Shown: in pieces, positions 20,207-34,443 of the stretch
Layout: every line of letters begins with the position of its first letter
Numbering within the stretch: the first letter of the stretch is position 1
Assembly: GCA_963848545.1 (NCBI GenBank)
Contig: CAWKEZ010000082.1
Coordinates: forward strand, 1 to 55,605
Length of the DNA stretch: 55,605 nt
From: an uncultured Thermoleophilia bacterium
GTDB taxonomy: Bacteria; Actinomycetota; Thermoleophilia; UBA2241
Reading direction: 5' to 3'
The notes under the pieces: model-generated
Database searches by the model: none
What the model was told of the DNA's origin: nothing
What the model saw: only the letters and a program-made list of their open reading frames with translations
Made by a program: the position numbers and the translations under genes

Positions 20207-20750
20207 GCGCAGAGCAGATCGCAGAGGTCGACGCGCGCGGCCGTTCGCCGCCGCCGGCGAAGCCGGCGTGGCCGCGCCGGTGCGCCGCGAGCCGGGCGAG
20301 TCCACCGCCGCACTTCGGCCTCGCCGTCTCTGCGTGACGTGCTCGCCAACCCGCAGGTAGAGACGGCCGCCAAGCAGCGCATCGTCGCCGAGCTCACGCG
20401 GGCGCACAGCCGCTGTGGGCAACACCCTGCTGGTGCTGCTCGAGCGGGCGCCTCGCCCTCGTGGACGATGTTCAGGCCGCCTATGAGGCACTGGCGTCGG
20501 CCGAGGCTGAGCTGGTGCAGGTCGGGGTGACCTCCGCCGTGAAGCTGAGCCCCGAGGCACGCCAGAAGATCGCCGCGCGGGTCGCCGAGACCACGGTCGT
20601 CGGGTGGAGCTCGCCGAGAGCGTCGACCCAGGCATTGTAGGTGGCCTCGTGTTGCGCGTTGGCGACGTGATCGTCGACGGCAGCGTGCGAGCCCGTATCC
20701 GCCAGCTGCGCCGCCGGCTGGCGACCGCTGAAATCGAGAGGTGACGTGGA
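20203..20750 (+). CDS. atpH: FoF1 ATP synthase subunit delta (heavily indel-damaged)
   Basis: Fragments [23 protein letters not shown] and [26 protein letters not shown]. Lies between atpF and atpA. Confidence 0.75.
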
Positions 20751-22289
20751 GTGAGCTGCGCCCAGAAGAGATCGCCTCGGTCCTCAAGTCGCAGATCGAG
20801 AACTACCACGCCGAGGTGGAGGTCGACGAGGTCGGCACCGTGCTCAGGGTGGAGACGGGATCGCCCGCATCTACGGCCTGCGCAACTGCATGGCCATGGA
20901 GATGCTGGAGCTGCCCCACGGCGTCACCGGTCTGGCCCTCAACCTCGAAGAGCAGAACGTCGGGGCGGTGCGGCTCTGGCGAAGACACTCTCATCAAGGA
21001 GGGCGATTCGTCAAGCGCACCGGCCGCGTGCTACGGGTGCCTGTTGGCGAGGCCATGGTCGGTCGCGTGGTCGACCCGCTGGGCCGGCCGCTGGACGAGA
21101 AGGGCTCATCGAGACCGCCGACTACCGCCCGATGGAGTTCAAAGCCCCGGGCGTGGTGGAGCGCCAGCCGGTCAAGGAGCCGCTGCAGACGGGTATCAAA
21201 GCCATCGACTCCATGATCCCCATCGGCCGCGGGCAGCGCGAGCTCATCATCGGCGACCGTCAGACCGGCAAGACGTCGCTAATCGTCGACACGATCGTCA
21301 ATCAAAAGGGCCAAGACGAGATCTGCATCTACGTGGCCATCGGGCAGAAGGCCTCTACGGTCATGCAGGTGGTGCAGAAGCTCGAAGAGTACGGCGCCAT
21401 GGAGTACACGATCATCGTGGCCGCCACCGCTTCCGCCGCGGCGCCGCTCAAGTTCCTGGCGCCCTACGCGGGCGCCGCCATGGGCGAGTATTTCCTCTAC
21501 AGCGGGCGCCACGCGGTGTGCTTCTACGACGACCTCAGCAAGCAGGCCGACGCCTACCGGCAGATGTCGTTGCTGCTGCGCCGGCCGCCGGGCCGCGAGG
21601 CCTTCCCCGGCGACGTGTTCTACCTGCACTCGCGCCTGCTGGAGCGCGCCGTCAAGCTCAACGACGAGCTCGGCGGCGGCTCGCTCACCGCCATCCCCGT
21701 GATCGAGACGCAGGCCGGCGACGTGTCGGCCTACATCCCCACCAACGTGATCAGCATCACCGACGGCCAGATCTTCCTGCAGAGCGACCTGTTCTACAGC
21801 GGCGTGCGGCCGGCGGTGAACATCGGCATCTCGGTGAGCCGCGTGGGTGGTCACGCGCAGATCAAGGCCATGAAGCAGGTCGCCGGGCGCCTGCGCATCG
21901 ACCTGGCGCAGTTCCGCGAGCTGCAGGCGTTCGCCTCCTTCGGCTCCGACCTGGACGAATCAACGCGGCGCAGCCTGGCGCGTGGCGAGCGCATGATCGA
22001 GGTGCTCAACCAGGGTCGTTTCGACCCCATGCCGGTCGCCGAGCAAGTGGCCGTGATCTACGCGGGCAACCAGGGCTTCATCGACGACATCGACGTGGAG
22101 CGTGTGGCGGCCTTCCGCGAGGGCTTGCGGGAGCATCTGCGTAGCCAGAACGCCGAGCTGCTGGCGTCGATCACCGCCGAGAAGGAGCTCTCCGCCGAGC
22201 ACGAGGCCCAGCTGCGCGAAGCCATCACTGCCTTCCACAACTCGTTCGCCCCCGAGGTGGCCGCGCCCGTCGTGGAGGCGGAGGCCTGA
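20751..22289 (+). CDS. atpA: FoF1 ATP synthase subunit alpha (several indels in the first 350 nt)
   Basis: [60 protein letters not shown]. Confidence 0.96.
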   Translation: MSCAQKRSPRSSSRRSRTTTPRWRSTRSAPCSGWRRDRPHLRPAQLHGHGDAGAAPRRHRSGPQPRRAERRGGAALAKTLSSRRAIRQAHRPRATGACWRGHGRSRGRPAGPAAGREGLIETADYRPMEFKAPGVVERQPVKEPLQTGIKAIDSMIPIGRGQRELIIGDRQTGKTSLIVDTIVNQKGQDEICIYVAIGQKASTVMQVVQKLEEYGAMEYTIIVAATASAAAPLKFLAPYAGAAMGEYFLYSGRHAVCFYDDLSKQADAYRQMSLLLRRPPGREAFPGDVFYLHSRLLERAVKLNDELGGGSLTAIPVIETQAGDVSAYIPTNVISITDGQIFLQSDLFYSGVRPAVNIGISVSRVGGHAQIKAMKQVAGRLRIDLAQFRELQAFASFGSDLDESTRRSLARGERMIEVLNQGRFDPMPVAEQVAVIYAGNQGFIDDIDVERVAAFREGLREHLRSQNAELLASITAEKELSAEHEAQLREAITAFHNSFAPEVAAPVVEAEA

Positions 22290-22290
22290 G

Positions 22291-25072
<2,782 letters not shown>

Positions 25073-25163
25073 GTCGCTCGCCGCGGGGTGCCGGGGGGCG
25101 CTTTGGCCCTGCCCGGGGCCACGGCGGCGCGGCGGCGGCACACGCTATACTTGTGGGCGTCTG

Positions 25164-26507
25164 ATGAATGGCGCGATCGAACACGGCCCGCGCCTGCGGG
25201 TGCGGGGCGGCCAGCGGCTGGAGGGCGAAGTCGTTCTCGCGGGGGCCAAGAACTCGGCGCTCAAGCTGCTGGCCGCCAGCTTGCTTACCGACGAGCCTTG
25301 CGTGATCCGTCGGGTGCCGCGCATCACCGACATCGACACTATGGTGCAGATGCTGCAGGCCCTCGGCGCCGACGTGAAGGTCGCCGGCGACACGCTCTGC
25401 GTACAGGCTGGCGCGGCGCTCAGCGGCTGTGCCCCCTACGAGCTGGTGCGCACCATGCGCGCCAGCATCATCGTCATGGGGCCCCTTGTGGCGCGACTCG
25501 GCGAGGCGGTGATCGCCATGCCGGGCGGCTGCAACATCGGACCGCGGCGGATCGATTTTCACATTCGCGGCCTCGAGAAGCTGGGTGCCACCATCGAGAT
25601 CGACCACGGCTTCATCAAGGTGCGTAGCGCGCAGCTCAAGGGGGCTGTGGTCCCGCTCGACTACCCCAGTGTGGGCGCTACCGAGAACCTCCTCATGGCG
25701 GCCACCGCCGCCACCGGCGAGACCGTGATCGAGAACGCCGCCCGGGAGCCCGAGATCGTCGATCTCTGCGAGTTCCTCGGCGGCATGGGCGCGGTCATCG
25801 CGGGCGCCGGTACCAGCACCATTCGCATCGAGGGCGGTCACGCTCTTCGTGGCGTCGACCACGAGGTGGTCGCCGATCGCATCGAGGCTGGTACCTACCT
25901 CATCATGGGCGCCTGCTGCGGAGGCGAGGTTACCACCGTTGGGCTCGATCCCGTGCATCTCGAGCTGTTCCTGGCCAAGCTGCGCAGCATGGGCGCGCAG
26001 GTCACCGAGGGCGCGCGGCGCATCACCGTGCGGCGCGACGGCCCACTGTCTCCCATCGACGTCTCGACACTGCCTCACCCGGGCTTCGCCACCGATCTGC
26101 AGGCCCAGACGATGGTGCTGCTGTCGCTCGCCGAGGGAACGTCCATCGTCACCGAGAACGTCTTCGAGAACCGTTTCGTGGTGGTCGACGAGTTGAACCG
26201 CCTCGGGGCCGGCATCACCACCAGCGGTCATCACGCGGTGGTGGCGGGGCCTCGAGTGCTAAGCGGCACCGTCGTTGAAGCTCCGGACCTGCGTGGCGGC
26301 GCTGCCCTGGTGACAGCCGGGCTGGTGGCCGAGGGCATCACCGAGGTGCGCAGCGTGGACCACGTCGACCGTGGTTACGAAGACCTGGTAGGCAAGCTCG
26401 GCCGGCTCGGCGCCGCCGTCACGCGCGTGACCAGCGGTGAGCGCACGAGCGCTGAGGCGGAGGCATCGCCCTGCTCGTGCGACGATGGGGAGCCACCGGG
26501 CGCCTGA
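25164..26507 (+). CDS. murA: UDP-N-acetylglucosamine 1-carboxyvinyltransferase
   Basis: GAKNSAL, MRASI, PGGCNIG (Cys-type), SVGATEN, NAAREPE, FENRF, DLRGGA, DRGYE. Confidence 0.96.
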   Translation: MNGAIEHGPRLRVRGGQRLEGEVVLAGAKNSALKLLAASLLTDEPCVIRRVPRITDIDTMVQMLQALGADVKVAGDTLCVQAGAALSGCAPYELVRTMRASIIVMGPLVARLGEAVIAMPGGCNIGPRRIDFHIRGLEKLGATIEIDHGFIKVRSAQLKGAVVPLDYPSVGATENLLMAATAATGETVIENAAREPEIVDLCEFLGGMGAVIAGAGTSTIRIEGGHALRGVDHEVVADRIEAGTYLIMGACCGGEVTTVGLDPVHLELFLAKLRSMGAQVTEGARRITVRRDGPLSPIDVSTLPHPGFATDLQAQTMVLLSLAEGTSIVTENVFENRFVVVDELNRLGAGITTSGHHAVVAGPRVLSGTVVEAPDLRGGAALVTAGLVAEGITEVRSVDHVDRGYEDLVGKLGRLGAAVTRVTSGERTSAEAEASPCSCDDGEPPGA

Positions 26508-26531
26508 CAGGAGCGCCGGCGTCGGGGGAGC

Positions 26532-28577
26532 ATGGCGAAGTACCGAGTCTACAGGGTTGGTGAGGCCGAGCCCGTGCGGGTGGAGGCCTACACGCCGCGC
26601 AGCGACGCGCGGGACGCATCGGGTCCCGCCGCCCGGCGCCGTGCGGCGGACTCCGGCGGCGCGCGACGCTCATGGTTGCTGCGCAGCGTCGCTGGCGTGG
26701 CCCTGGCGGGCGGCGCCTTCTTGCTCTGGTACTACGGTCGCGACGCCGTGGGCAACGCCCGCGCTGCCCTCGACATCGCCAGTCTGTCGCACAAGGTACC
26801 GCACTGGGTCATGATCGGCGCGCCCGTGGCGGTAGCGGTGCTCGTCGTGGCGGTGACCGCCTACCTCGCCTTTGGCAGGCGTCTGGCCCTCAAGGTCGTG
26901 GGCCTCGTGGCGATCGCTCTTGCCCTGGCGGCGCCGGGTCTGGCCCTGGGATGGGCTAACGGCACGGTCAGTCAGGTGAGCGTTACGAGCGCCAAGGAGG
27001 TGGAGGTGGCGAACGTCCGCAAGAGCCTCACGCGGCCGCTGCCGGGCAGGGCCATGAACATCTTGCTGATCGGCTCGGACAAGTCGCAGACGCCGGGCGA
27101 TCCGGGGCGGTCAGACACGCAGATGCTGGTGCGCCTTGACCCCGAGACCAAGAGCATCTCCATGCTATCTGTGCCCCGCGACCTGCAGGTGAACATCCCG
27201 GGGGTCGGCTTGGGCAAGATGAACTCCGCCTATTCCTACGGTGGCGCGGCCGGCGCCGTAAAGGCCTTCAAGACACTAACCGGGCTGCCCATCAACCACT
27301 TCATCGAAATCGACTTCGCCGGCTTCTGGCATGTCGTCAACCTCCTGGGCGGCGTCTACCTACCCGTGGATCATCGCTACTACGTGCCGGTGGGCGCCGG
27401 CTACAAATCGATCGACCTTCAACCCGGCTACCAGTTAGTGCACGGCAAGCAGGCCTTGAACTTCGTGCGCTTCCGCCACGATCAGAAGGGCGACTTCACG
27501 CGCATGCAGCGTCAGCAGCTCTTCTTGCGGGAGCTGCAGCGGCAGTCGCGACGCTGGAGCGGAGACTGGCACGAGGTACTTGCTCTCATCAAGGCGGTCA
27601 CCGACCAGACCACCTCGGACATCGACTCGCTCAAGGCGCTCGAGCCCCTGGTCAACTTGATCTTTCAGGTGAACACCTCGAAGATCAACGCCGTGCATCT
27701 CGAGGGGGCCACGCCGATGATCGACGGCGTGTCGTATGTGACCGACACGCCGCAGAGGTGCCAGCAGGCCGTCGATGAGTTCCAGAACCCCGCGACGCCG
27801 CCGCTGCCCACCAAGGGCCCTACCGTCACCAAGAAGATGTACCAGGTGAAGGTCTACAACGGTAGTGGCATCGCGGGGCGTGCCACGGCCGCCGCCGGCC
27901 AGCTCTCGGCGCTCGGCTACAATGCCACCGTCATGTTCGATGCCACAGAGTTCCCCGACAAAGAGACCGCGGTGTGCGCACCGCAGAGCCTGGCCGCGCA
28001 AGCCGAAGCCATTGCCGCGCTGATGGCGCCCGCGCATGTCCGGCTGCTCGGCCGCGCGCCCGGCACAGACGCCACCGCCGTCAGGGTATTCGTCGCCTCG
28101 TCGTTCACCGGCACCCTCGTCACGCCGCAGGTTCAGCAGCAGACCCAGCAGCGGGTGCAGCAGAACGTGCGCTACGACGCCGCTTCCTGGCGGGCGCTCG
28201 CCGCCAGGACCTCGCTGCCAATCGAGATGCCCACCGCCTGGTCTTCCGGCTTCACCTACGACCAGTTCCGCACCTACAGCGTGGAGACGGCGCCTCACAA
28301 GTATGCCGCGGCGGCGGTGGCCGTCATAGACACGCCCGGCGGCGGGTACGCCGATGTGCAGGCCATGCGCTGGCTCCACCCTCCGGCCATCGACGAGCCC
28401 ACCGCGACGCAACTCATCGCCGGCAGGCGCTACCTGCTTTTCTATCAGAGCGACCATTTGCACATGGTGGTCTGGCAGGCCCACAACACGCTCTACTGGG
28501 TGCTGAATACCCTCGACAACCAGCTCTGCAATACGTTCATGCTGGGTCTTGCGACCTCGTCCAAGCCAGTGAAGTGA
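26532..28577 (+). CDS. LytR-CpsA-Psr (LCP) family glycopolymer transferase with LytR C-terminal and an extra C-terminal domain
   Basis: N-terminal transmembrane helices, NILLIGSD, RSDT, SVPRDL, FVRFRH, DFTRMQRQQ, VYNGSGIAG. Confidence 0.9.
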   Translation: MAKYRVYRVGEAEPVRVEAYTPRSDARDASGPAARRRAADSGGARRSWLLRSVAGVALAGGAFLLWYYGRDAVGNARAALDIASLSHKVPHWVMIGAPVAVAVLVVAVTAYLAFGRRLALKVVGLVAIALALAAPGLALGWANGTVSQVSVTSAKEVEVANVRKSLTRPLPGRAMNILLIGSDKSQTPGDPGRSDTQMLVRLDPETKSISMLSVPRDLQVNIPGVGLGKMNSAYSYGGAAGAVKAFKTLTGLPINHFIEIDFAGFWHVVNLLGGVYLPVDHRYYVPVGAGYKSIDLQPGYQLVHGKQALNFVRFRHDQKGDFTRMQRQQLFLRELQRQSRRWSGDWHEVLALIKAVTDQTTSDIDSLKALEPLVNLIFQVNTSKINAVHLEGATPMIDGVSYVTDTPQRCQQAVDEFQNPATPPLPTKGPTVTKKMYQVKVYNGSGIAGRATAAAGQLSALGYNATVMFDATEFPDKETAVCAPQSLAAQAEAIAALMAPAHVRLLGRAPGTDATAVRVFVASSFTGTLVTPQVQQQTQQRVQQNVRYDAASWRALAARTSLPIEMPTAWSSGFTYDQFRTYSVETAPHKYAAAAVAVIDTPGGGYADVQAMRWLHPPAIDEPTATQLIAGRRYLLFYQSDHLHMVVWQAHNTLYWVLNTLDNQLCNTFMLGLATSSKPVK

Positions 28578-30300
28578 GATTCTTGCGCGCAGTGCTGGGG
28601 CGCCTCGACCCGTGGGCGGCTCTCTTGCTCGGCGTCCTCGTCGCCCTCGGCATCGTCATTCTTCTCGCGACCCCAGGCCCGTGGCATACCGTCGTCGGCC
28701 CACCCGCTAACGTGAAGCTGGCGCCGTCGCCACCCACTGATGTGGCGGTCTTCGCGACCAGCAGCTCAGGCGCGTGTTCCGCCGTGCTGTGGCTGCATAT
28801 CGACCATGCCGCGCCCTCGCTGTCGGCGGTCGTGGTCGCCCCCGACACTCAGGGCTTCGTGCCGGGCGCGGGCTTCTCGCCCCTGCACGCGATCGTGGAC
28901 GAGGTTGGGCCCGGAGTCGCGGCTCAAGCCCTCGGCCGTGTGCTCGGCGTCAGCATGGATGCCTGGGTAGAGCTCGACGAAGACGCCCTGCGCCTGGCGC
29001 TCGAGCCTATGTATCCGGCGCTCGACGCCCGCGCCAGCCTGCTTCAGTACTTGGCGGCAAGCGTCGCGTGGGAGGGCCGCGCTGGCCCTCGGAACGCCTG
29101 GGTGCAGCAGTACCGGGCGCTGCAGATCGGCCTGTCGCGCGTGGCCTACGACCGGCTCAACGTGGTTACGTTCTCCAACTACGTTCTGGGCTTTGGTCAC
29201 GTGCGCAGTAGCCTCGACCTGGAGGGTGCCACCGGGATCGCCACCGTGCTGACCGCCCTGGCGCCTGCCGACGTCCACGCCCGCACCACGGGAGCCGTTG
29301 TTCTGACCTGCCGCCGGCGGCCAGGCCTGGCAGGTGAACAACGGCGTGGTCGAACAGCTCAGGCAGTCGTTTACGCTGGGCTCGGCGCCGGTCGAAGACG
29401 AGCCCGCAGTGCGCACCCAGCCGGTGTCGGCGCGGGTGCTGGTGGTGCTGCCGGGCACGTGGCGGAACTCCAGTGTGTACCTGGCCAAGGTGCGCCGGCG
29501 CCTGCGGCGCTCGGCCGGCGCGCCGGTGGCCGTGCGGGCCCTAACCGTGTCGACATGGAGCCGGCTCGTGCCGCGGGTCGCCGCCATGACCCAGTCGTGG
29601 CGACCTCTGGCGGTGCTGGTGGGTCCGCCCAGGGTGACGCCGGCCGACGCCGCGCCGGCCGCCGCCGCGCTGCGCGGCCTGGGCGCGGATCTGATCGCGG
29701 CGGGGCAACCCGCGGTGATGAGCAGCCGCCTGCCCTTGCCGGTCGCAGTGGCCAGCGAGACGGCCGCCGTACAGGCCGCTCAAGCCCAGGTGGACGCGGC
29801 CATCAAGGGCTCCGGACTGCCGATCTCGCAGCTGTTCGCGGAGCAGGGAGCGGCAGGCACCGGCGGCTTGACGTCGCCGGCGGCCGCCTCGTCCGACACG
29901 GCCGCCGCCGCGACCACTGCGGCGGCCCGCCAGCGGGCCGCCGCGCGAGCCAACGTGGACACTCTGGTGCGCGCCTGCTGGCCGGGGACGCTGGCGCCGC
30001 GGTTGGCGTCCACTCGCCTGAACTTCTGGTTCGCGGCCCGACGGCGTACAGACGGTGGGGGTGGTGGCGCCATCCGCGGCGCCTGCGAAGCTGGTCGCGG
30101 CGCGCCTCGGCGTGTGGGGCTACCGGACGACCGTGCTGAGCCTCACCGCGTGGTCGCAACGCAGCGCGGCAACCACGGTGTACTACCGCGGGGGCATGCG
30201 CCGCGCCGCGCTTGCGCTGGCGGGCGACCTGGGGCTGCGGACCGGGTCCGTGATCGCCGACGCCAGCGCGCCCGTGGCGCTTACGCTAAGTCTGCGCTGA
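28574..30300 (+). CDS. Degenerate LCP-like membrane protein with LytR C-terminal-like domain (about 2 indels)
   Basis: Transmembrane helix, then LWLHID...SAVVVAPDT.GFVPGAG...LGVSMDAWVELD aligning by eye to the LCP core. Ends in TTVYYRGG..AALALAGDLG. GTGA overlap with the LCP gene. Confidence 0.6.
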
Positions 30301-30309
30301 CGACGTACA

Positions 30310-30350
30310 ACGGACGGGGCGCCTCCCGTGCCGGGAGGCGCCCCGTCCGT
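30310..30350. terminator. Perfect 19-bp hairpin, probable bidirectional terminator
   Basis: ACGGACGGGGCGCCTCCCG-TGC-CGGGAGGCGCCCCGTCCGT between convergent genes. Confidence 0.8.
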
Positions 30351-30374
30351 ATAGTGCGTCTTAAAGAAACGCCG

Positions 30375-30743
30375 CTATGCTCGTGCTCGGCGAAGACGCA
30401 AGAACGCGCCTGTTCCGATGAGACCAGCACCGGCTCCGAGGATCACGAGGATCTCGCTGCCGGTGAAGGCGAGCTGGCCGCTTTGCTCCCCCGGCGACTG
30501 CAAGCTGGCGAGGTAGTCCTGGAGGACTCCCTTGAGGTCGGAATACTGCGTCAGGGTTGGATTGTTCTGGAGGTATACCAGCGCCGCGTGGATCTGAGCA
30601 GACGTCCAGTGGCCGCTGATGGTGCCGTCCTGAGCGTCTTTGAGGATCGCCTGGGTAGTGGCCAGCGAGGCCGTCGCCACCGCGGCGAACACAAGAACGA
30701 TCAGCAGGGCTACCGTAACGGCACCCAAGAACTTGGCTATCAT
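30375..30743 (-). CDS. Small secreted protein with sortase-type sorting signal (LAFTG)
   Basis: Signal peptide MIAKFLGAVTVALLIVLVFAAVATA; C-terminal LAFTG, hydrophobic helix and RLRRARA tail. G-rich SD before ATG 30743. Confidence 0.75.
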   Translation of the reverse strand: MIAKFLGAVTVALLIVLVFAAVATASLATTQAILKDAQDGTISGHWTSAQIHAALVYLQNNPTLTQYSDLKGVLQDYLASLQSPGEQSGQLAFTGSEILVILGAGAGLIGTGAFLRLRRARA

Positions 30744-30902
30744 AACTTCACCCCCCCTCACCACACTTCCGGCTGCTTCTCGCCGGACTTGGATTCCAGC
30801 TTATAGCACGACCCCGCCACGAACACCACTGTTGAGTACCCGGCGAGGTAGTACTGTAACCGTCCCCGCGGCCGCGGTTCGCGACCCTCCAAAGCATGCC
30901 AG

Positions 30903-30908
30903 TATAAT
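30903..30908 (+). promoter_or_regulatory. -10 box of a probable leaderless transcript
   Basis: TATAAT 7 nt before in-frame ATG 30916, with no SD. Confidence 0.6.
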
Positions 30909-30915
30909 CCCGTGG

Positions 30916-32938
30916 ATGGAGGCAGACGTAAACACCGCCCGCGTTGAGCGCCCGTTGCCGACGAGGGTCCGCAACGTAGTGCCGTTCCTGATCACCTTGG
31001 TGGCCGTGGGTCTGTTCTCGTTCCTCTCCGGCGGCTACATTCTCACGCGCAGCGCTCCGGTGGCTATCGTATACCTGCTGCTCACCGCGGCGTGGCTGGG
31101 GTTTCTGCGGCGCCGCTCGCGGCCAGGCACGCTGCACCTTCTGGCGCTCGCCGCGTTCGGACTGTTCGTCGCCTGGGCCGGGCTCTCGGTACTGTGGTCG
31201 TACAGGTCCCGATCTAACGTGGGTCGCCTTCGACACCGCCGCCCTGTACCTGGCCGCCGTCGCAGTGCTTGGCTTCACACCGGTACGCGGGTTGCAACTG
31301 CGCCTTGCGGTGTGCGGGTTGCTGGCCGTTATTGTTGCCGTCGCGGTATACGCTTATTTGGGCAAAGTGCTCCCGGACGTTGTCGCGGACGCGCACGTCT
31401 ATGCACGGCTCGCCAGCCCGGTGGGCTACTGGAACGTGCTCGCCTTGATGATGGTCATGGGCATCGTGATCGTCCTCGCCGTGGCCGGCGACCGCGCCGT
31501 CCACCCAATCTGGCGGGCCGCCGCCGCCGCCGGTGGCGTGGTGCTGGCCTTCACGTTCTTCTTCGCTCTGTCGCGTGGCGGCTGGGTGGTGCTCCTCATC
31601 GCCCTCCTCTTGTACTTCGCCTTCACCAGCACGCGTCTCGCCAGCTTCGCCACGCTCGTGGCGGTCGCGGTGCCCGTGGTCGTCGTGCTGCTCAAGGTCC
31701 GTCATCTGGGCACGCTCTTTAGCGCGACCAACGATGACGCGCTGCGTACTTTGCAGGGGCACGCGCTGCTGCGCTACTCGCTGGCGGCTCTGCTCGTCGC
31801 CGGGGGCGTTCAGGCGGCCATCGCCCTCGTGCAGCGCGCAATGCCCTGGTCCAGGCGCCTGCGAGTGGCAGCCGGCGTGGCGCTGATCTGCGTGATCGTT
31901 CTGGGTGTGGGGGGCGGCACCTGGCGCTTCGTGGAGGCCCGCGGCGGCCTCGCCTACCTGCACTCCCGTGTCACCGCGCTTGCCTCGGACAGCGGTCAGG
32001 GCGGCAGCACCAACAACGTGGTGCGGCTGGAGTCCCTGAACACCGGTCGGCCGCCGTTGTGGCGCGAGGCCCTCGACCAATCTGCCCACAACCGTCTGCT
32101 CGGCACCGGCGCCGGCACCTTCGTGTTCACGCACTACCGCTTCCGCCTCACGGGCGGTGTGGTGAGGCACGCCCACAGTGAGTGGTTCAACGTGCTCAGT
32201 GAGCTCGGCGTCGTGGGGCTCGTGCTGTTCGTCGCGGCGATGGCGCTGCTGGTCGCGGCGGCGGTGGGCAACCCGTTCGCCGACCGCGGCGACCCCATGC
32301 ATCCCGCCCTGGTGGCGCTGCAGGCCGGCATCGCGGCCTTCGTGGTGCACATCTCCTGGGACTGGGACTGGGACATGGCGGCGGCCGGCGTGATGTTCTT
32401 CTTCCTGGTTGCGGTGTGCTCTTCCTACCTGACGACGCGGAAGGCCGACCAGCGTCGCCTTGCGCTTGCGCACGAGGAAACCACGAGTAAGACTCCGCCA
32501 CGACGGCACTCCTCGCAGTGGCCGCTGCGCGCCGTCGCCGCCACGGCGCTCGTGATCCTGGCGCTCAGCTGGCTGCTGCCGTATCTGTCGGCCAGAGCGG
32601 AGAACGCCGCGGTGAATTCCGCCGGCAACGGCGACGCCACCCTTGCTCTGGCGCAGACGCGCCACGCCGCGAACCTCGACCCGCTGGCCGTCGACCCCCT
32701 GATCACCGAGTCGCTGGTGCTTCAGCAACTCGGCGAGAACCGCGCCGCCCTGCAGGTGCTCAACAATGCTGCTCGTCTACAGCCGAACAACTACGAGGTG
32801 TACTACGGAGAGGGCGTGCTGCTGCTCACTGCTTATGGGCGCAAGCAGGCGGCCATCGCCGCCTTCAAGCATGCCCTGGCGCTCAACCCTCTCGACTACG
32901 ACACGCAGAACGAGTTGGCGGTCGCGGTGGGGAGCTAA
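30916..32938 (+). CDS. O-antigen ligase (Wzy_C) family membrane protein with C-terminal TPR-like repeats (indel near 31205)
   Basis: RLASPVGYWN, LSRGGW, RPPLWREAL, LLGTGAGTF, HAHSEWFNVLSELGVVG. C-terminal AARLQPNN...ALALNP helical repeats. Confidence 0.82.
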
Positions 32939-33112
32939 GAGCCTATCCGATAGGCCTGCACGCCCGGATGCGCTCGTGGGCACATCGCAGATGCGGCGCC
33001 TCCGACAGCGTCTCCAACGGCCTGCCGTGGGCGTCCGCGCAGCCGCCGCGAAGCCCTATGGTAAACTTCGCCCTGGCGCAGTCGCCGAACCTACATGGAG
33101 GTACTCTCTCGC

Positions 33113-34429
33113 ATGGATGCCCCTGCCCCGATCGGCATCGTCGGCACCGGGTACGTAGGCCTTGTCTCGGCGGTGTGCTTCGCGCATCTCGGTCACCGCG
33201 TGGTGTGCATGGACATCGACGCGGCCAAGGTCGAGCGGCTCAGGAACGGCCAGGTGCCCATCTACGAGCCGGGGCTCGAGAAGCTCGTCGAAGACAACGC
33301 CGCGCGACTCTCGTTCACGACCTCCTACGACGATCTCCTGGCCGCCTGCGCGATACTCTTCATCGCCGTCGACACGCCGCCCTCGCCGTCGGGCGACGCC
33401 GATCTCTCGCGTGTGCACTACGCCACCCGCGAGATCGCCAAGCGTGGCGGGCAGCGTCTGCTGGTCATGAAAAGCACCGTTCCGGTGGGCACCGGCGAGA
33501 AGGTGATGCATGAGCTCGAGGCGCTGGGCGCCTCCGCGATCACCTATGCCTCCAACCCCGAGTTTCTCCGTGAAGGCGCGGCCATTCAAGACTTCCTCGA
33601 GCCTGATCGCATCGTGATCGGTGCTTTTCGTGACGCCGACGCCGACGCCGTCGAGGCGCTCTATCGCGGCATCGACACCGACATCGTGCGCTGCAGTGTG
33701 CCTACGGCCGAGATGATCAAGTACGCGTCCAACGCCTTCCTGGCCACCAAGATCTCGTTCATCAACGAGATCGCCAACGTGTGCGAGCAGGTGGGCGCCG
33801 ACGCGCGCGCCGTGGCCCACGGCATGGGTCTCGACCATCGCATTGGGCCGCACTTCCTGCAGGCCGGCATCGGCTACGGCGGGTCGTGCTTCCCTAAAGA
33901 CGTGCAGGCGCTCAAACAGCTGGCCGGCAACACGGGCTATCACTTCCAGCTGCTCACCGCGGTCATCGAGGTCAACGCTCTGCAGAAGCGCCGCGTGGTG
34001 GGCAAGCTCATGGGGCATCTCGGCAAACTGCACGACAAGACGGTGGCGTTGCTGGGGCTCACGTTCAAGCCGCAGACAGACGATCTGCGCGAGGCGGCCT
34101 CCATTGTGCTGGCCGGCCGCCTTATCCATGAGGGCGTCCAGGTGCGTGCCTACGACCCGATGATGGCCAGCGGCGAGCACGAGCTCTTCCCCGGCGTGAT
34201 CATCTGTGACGAGCCGCTGGCGGCCCTGGAAGGCGCCGACGCGGCTGTGCTGGTCACGGAATGGCCGGAGTTCGCGCGCCTCGACTGGGCCGCCGCCGCC
34301 GCCGCGATGCGGCGCCCGCTGCTCATCGACGGACGCAACTTCATAGATCCCGCCGTGGCTATGGCGGCGGGGCTTGAGTACGAGGGCATCGGCCTCGGCG
34401 AGCCCGTGCCGGCGCCCGTCGCAGGCTGA
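33113..34429 (+). CDS. ugd: UDP-glucose/GDP-mannose 6-dehydrogenase
   Basis: GTGYVGL, PIYEPGL, KSTVPVGT, NPEFLREG, GYGGSCFPKD, FKPQTDDLR. Confidence 0.93.
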   Translation: MDAPAPIGIVGTGYVGLVSAVCFAHLGHRVVCMDIDAAKVERLRNGQVPIYEPGLEKLVEDNAARLSFTTSYDDLLAACAILFIAVDTPPSPSGDADLSRVHYATREIAKRGGQRLLVMKSTVPVGTGEKVMHELEALGASAITYASNPEFLREGAAIQDFLEPDRIVIGAFRDADADAVEALYRGIDTDIVRCSVPTAEMIKYASNAFLATKISFINEIANVCEQVGADARAVAHGMGLDHRIGPHFLQAGIGYGGSCFPKDVQALKQLAGNTGYHFQLLTAVIEVNALQKRRVVGKLMGHLGKLHDKTVALLGLTFKPQTDDLREAASIVLAGRLIHEGVQVRAYDPMMASGEHELFPGVIICDEPLAALEGADAAVLVTEWPEFARLDWAAAAAAMRRPLLIDGRNFIDPAVAMAAGLEYEGIGLGEPVPAPVAG

Positions 34430-34443
34430 CCTCGCGGGCACCG

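Noticed and set aside
32939-32956. IS terminal repeat (GAGCCTATCCGATAGGC)
   Set aside because: Short palindrome with no partner end or transposase.
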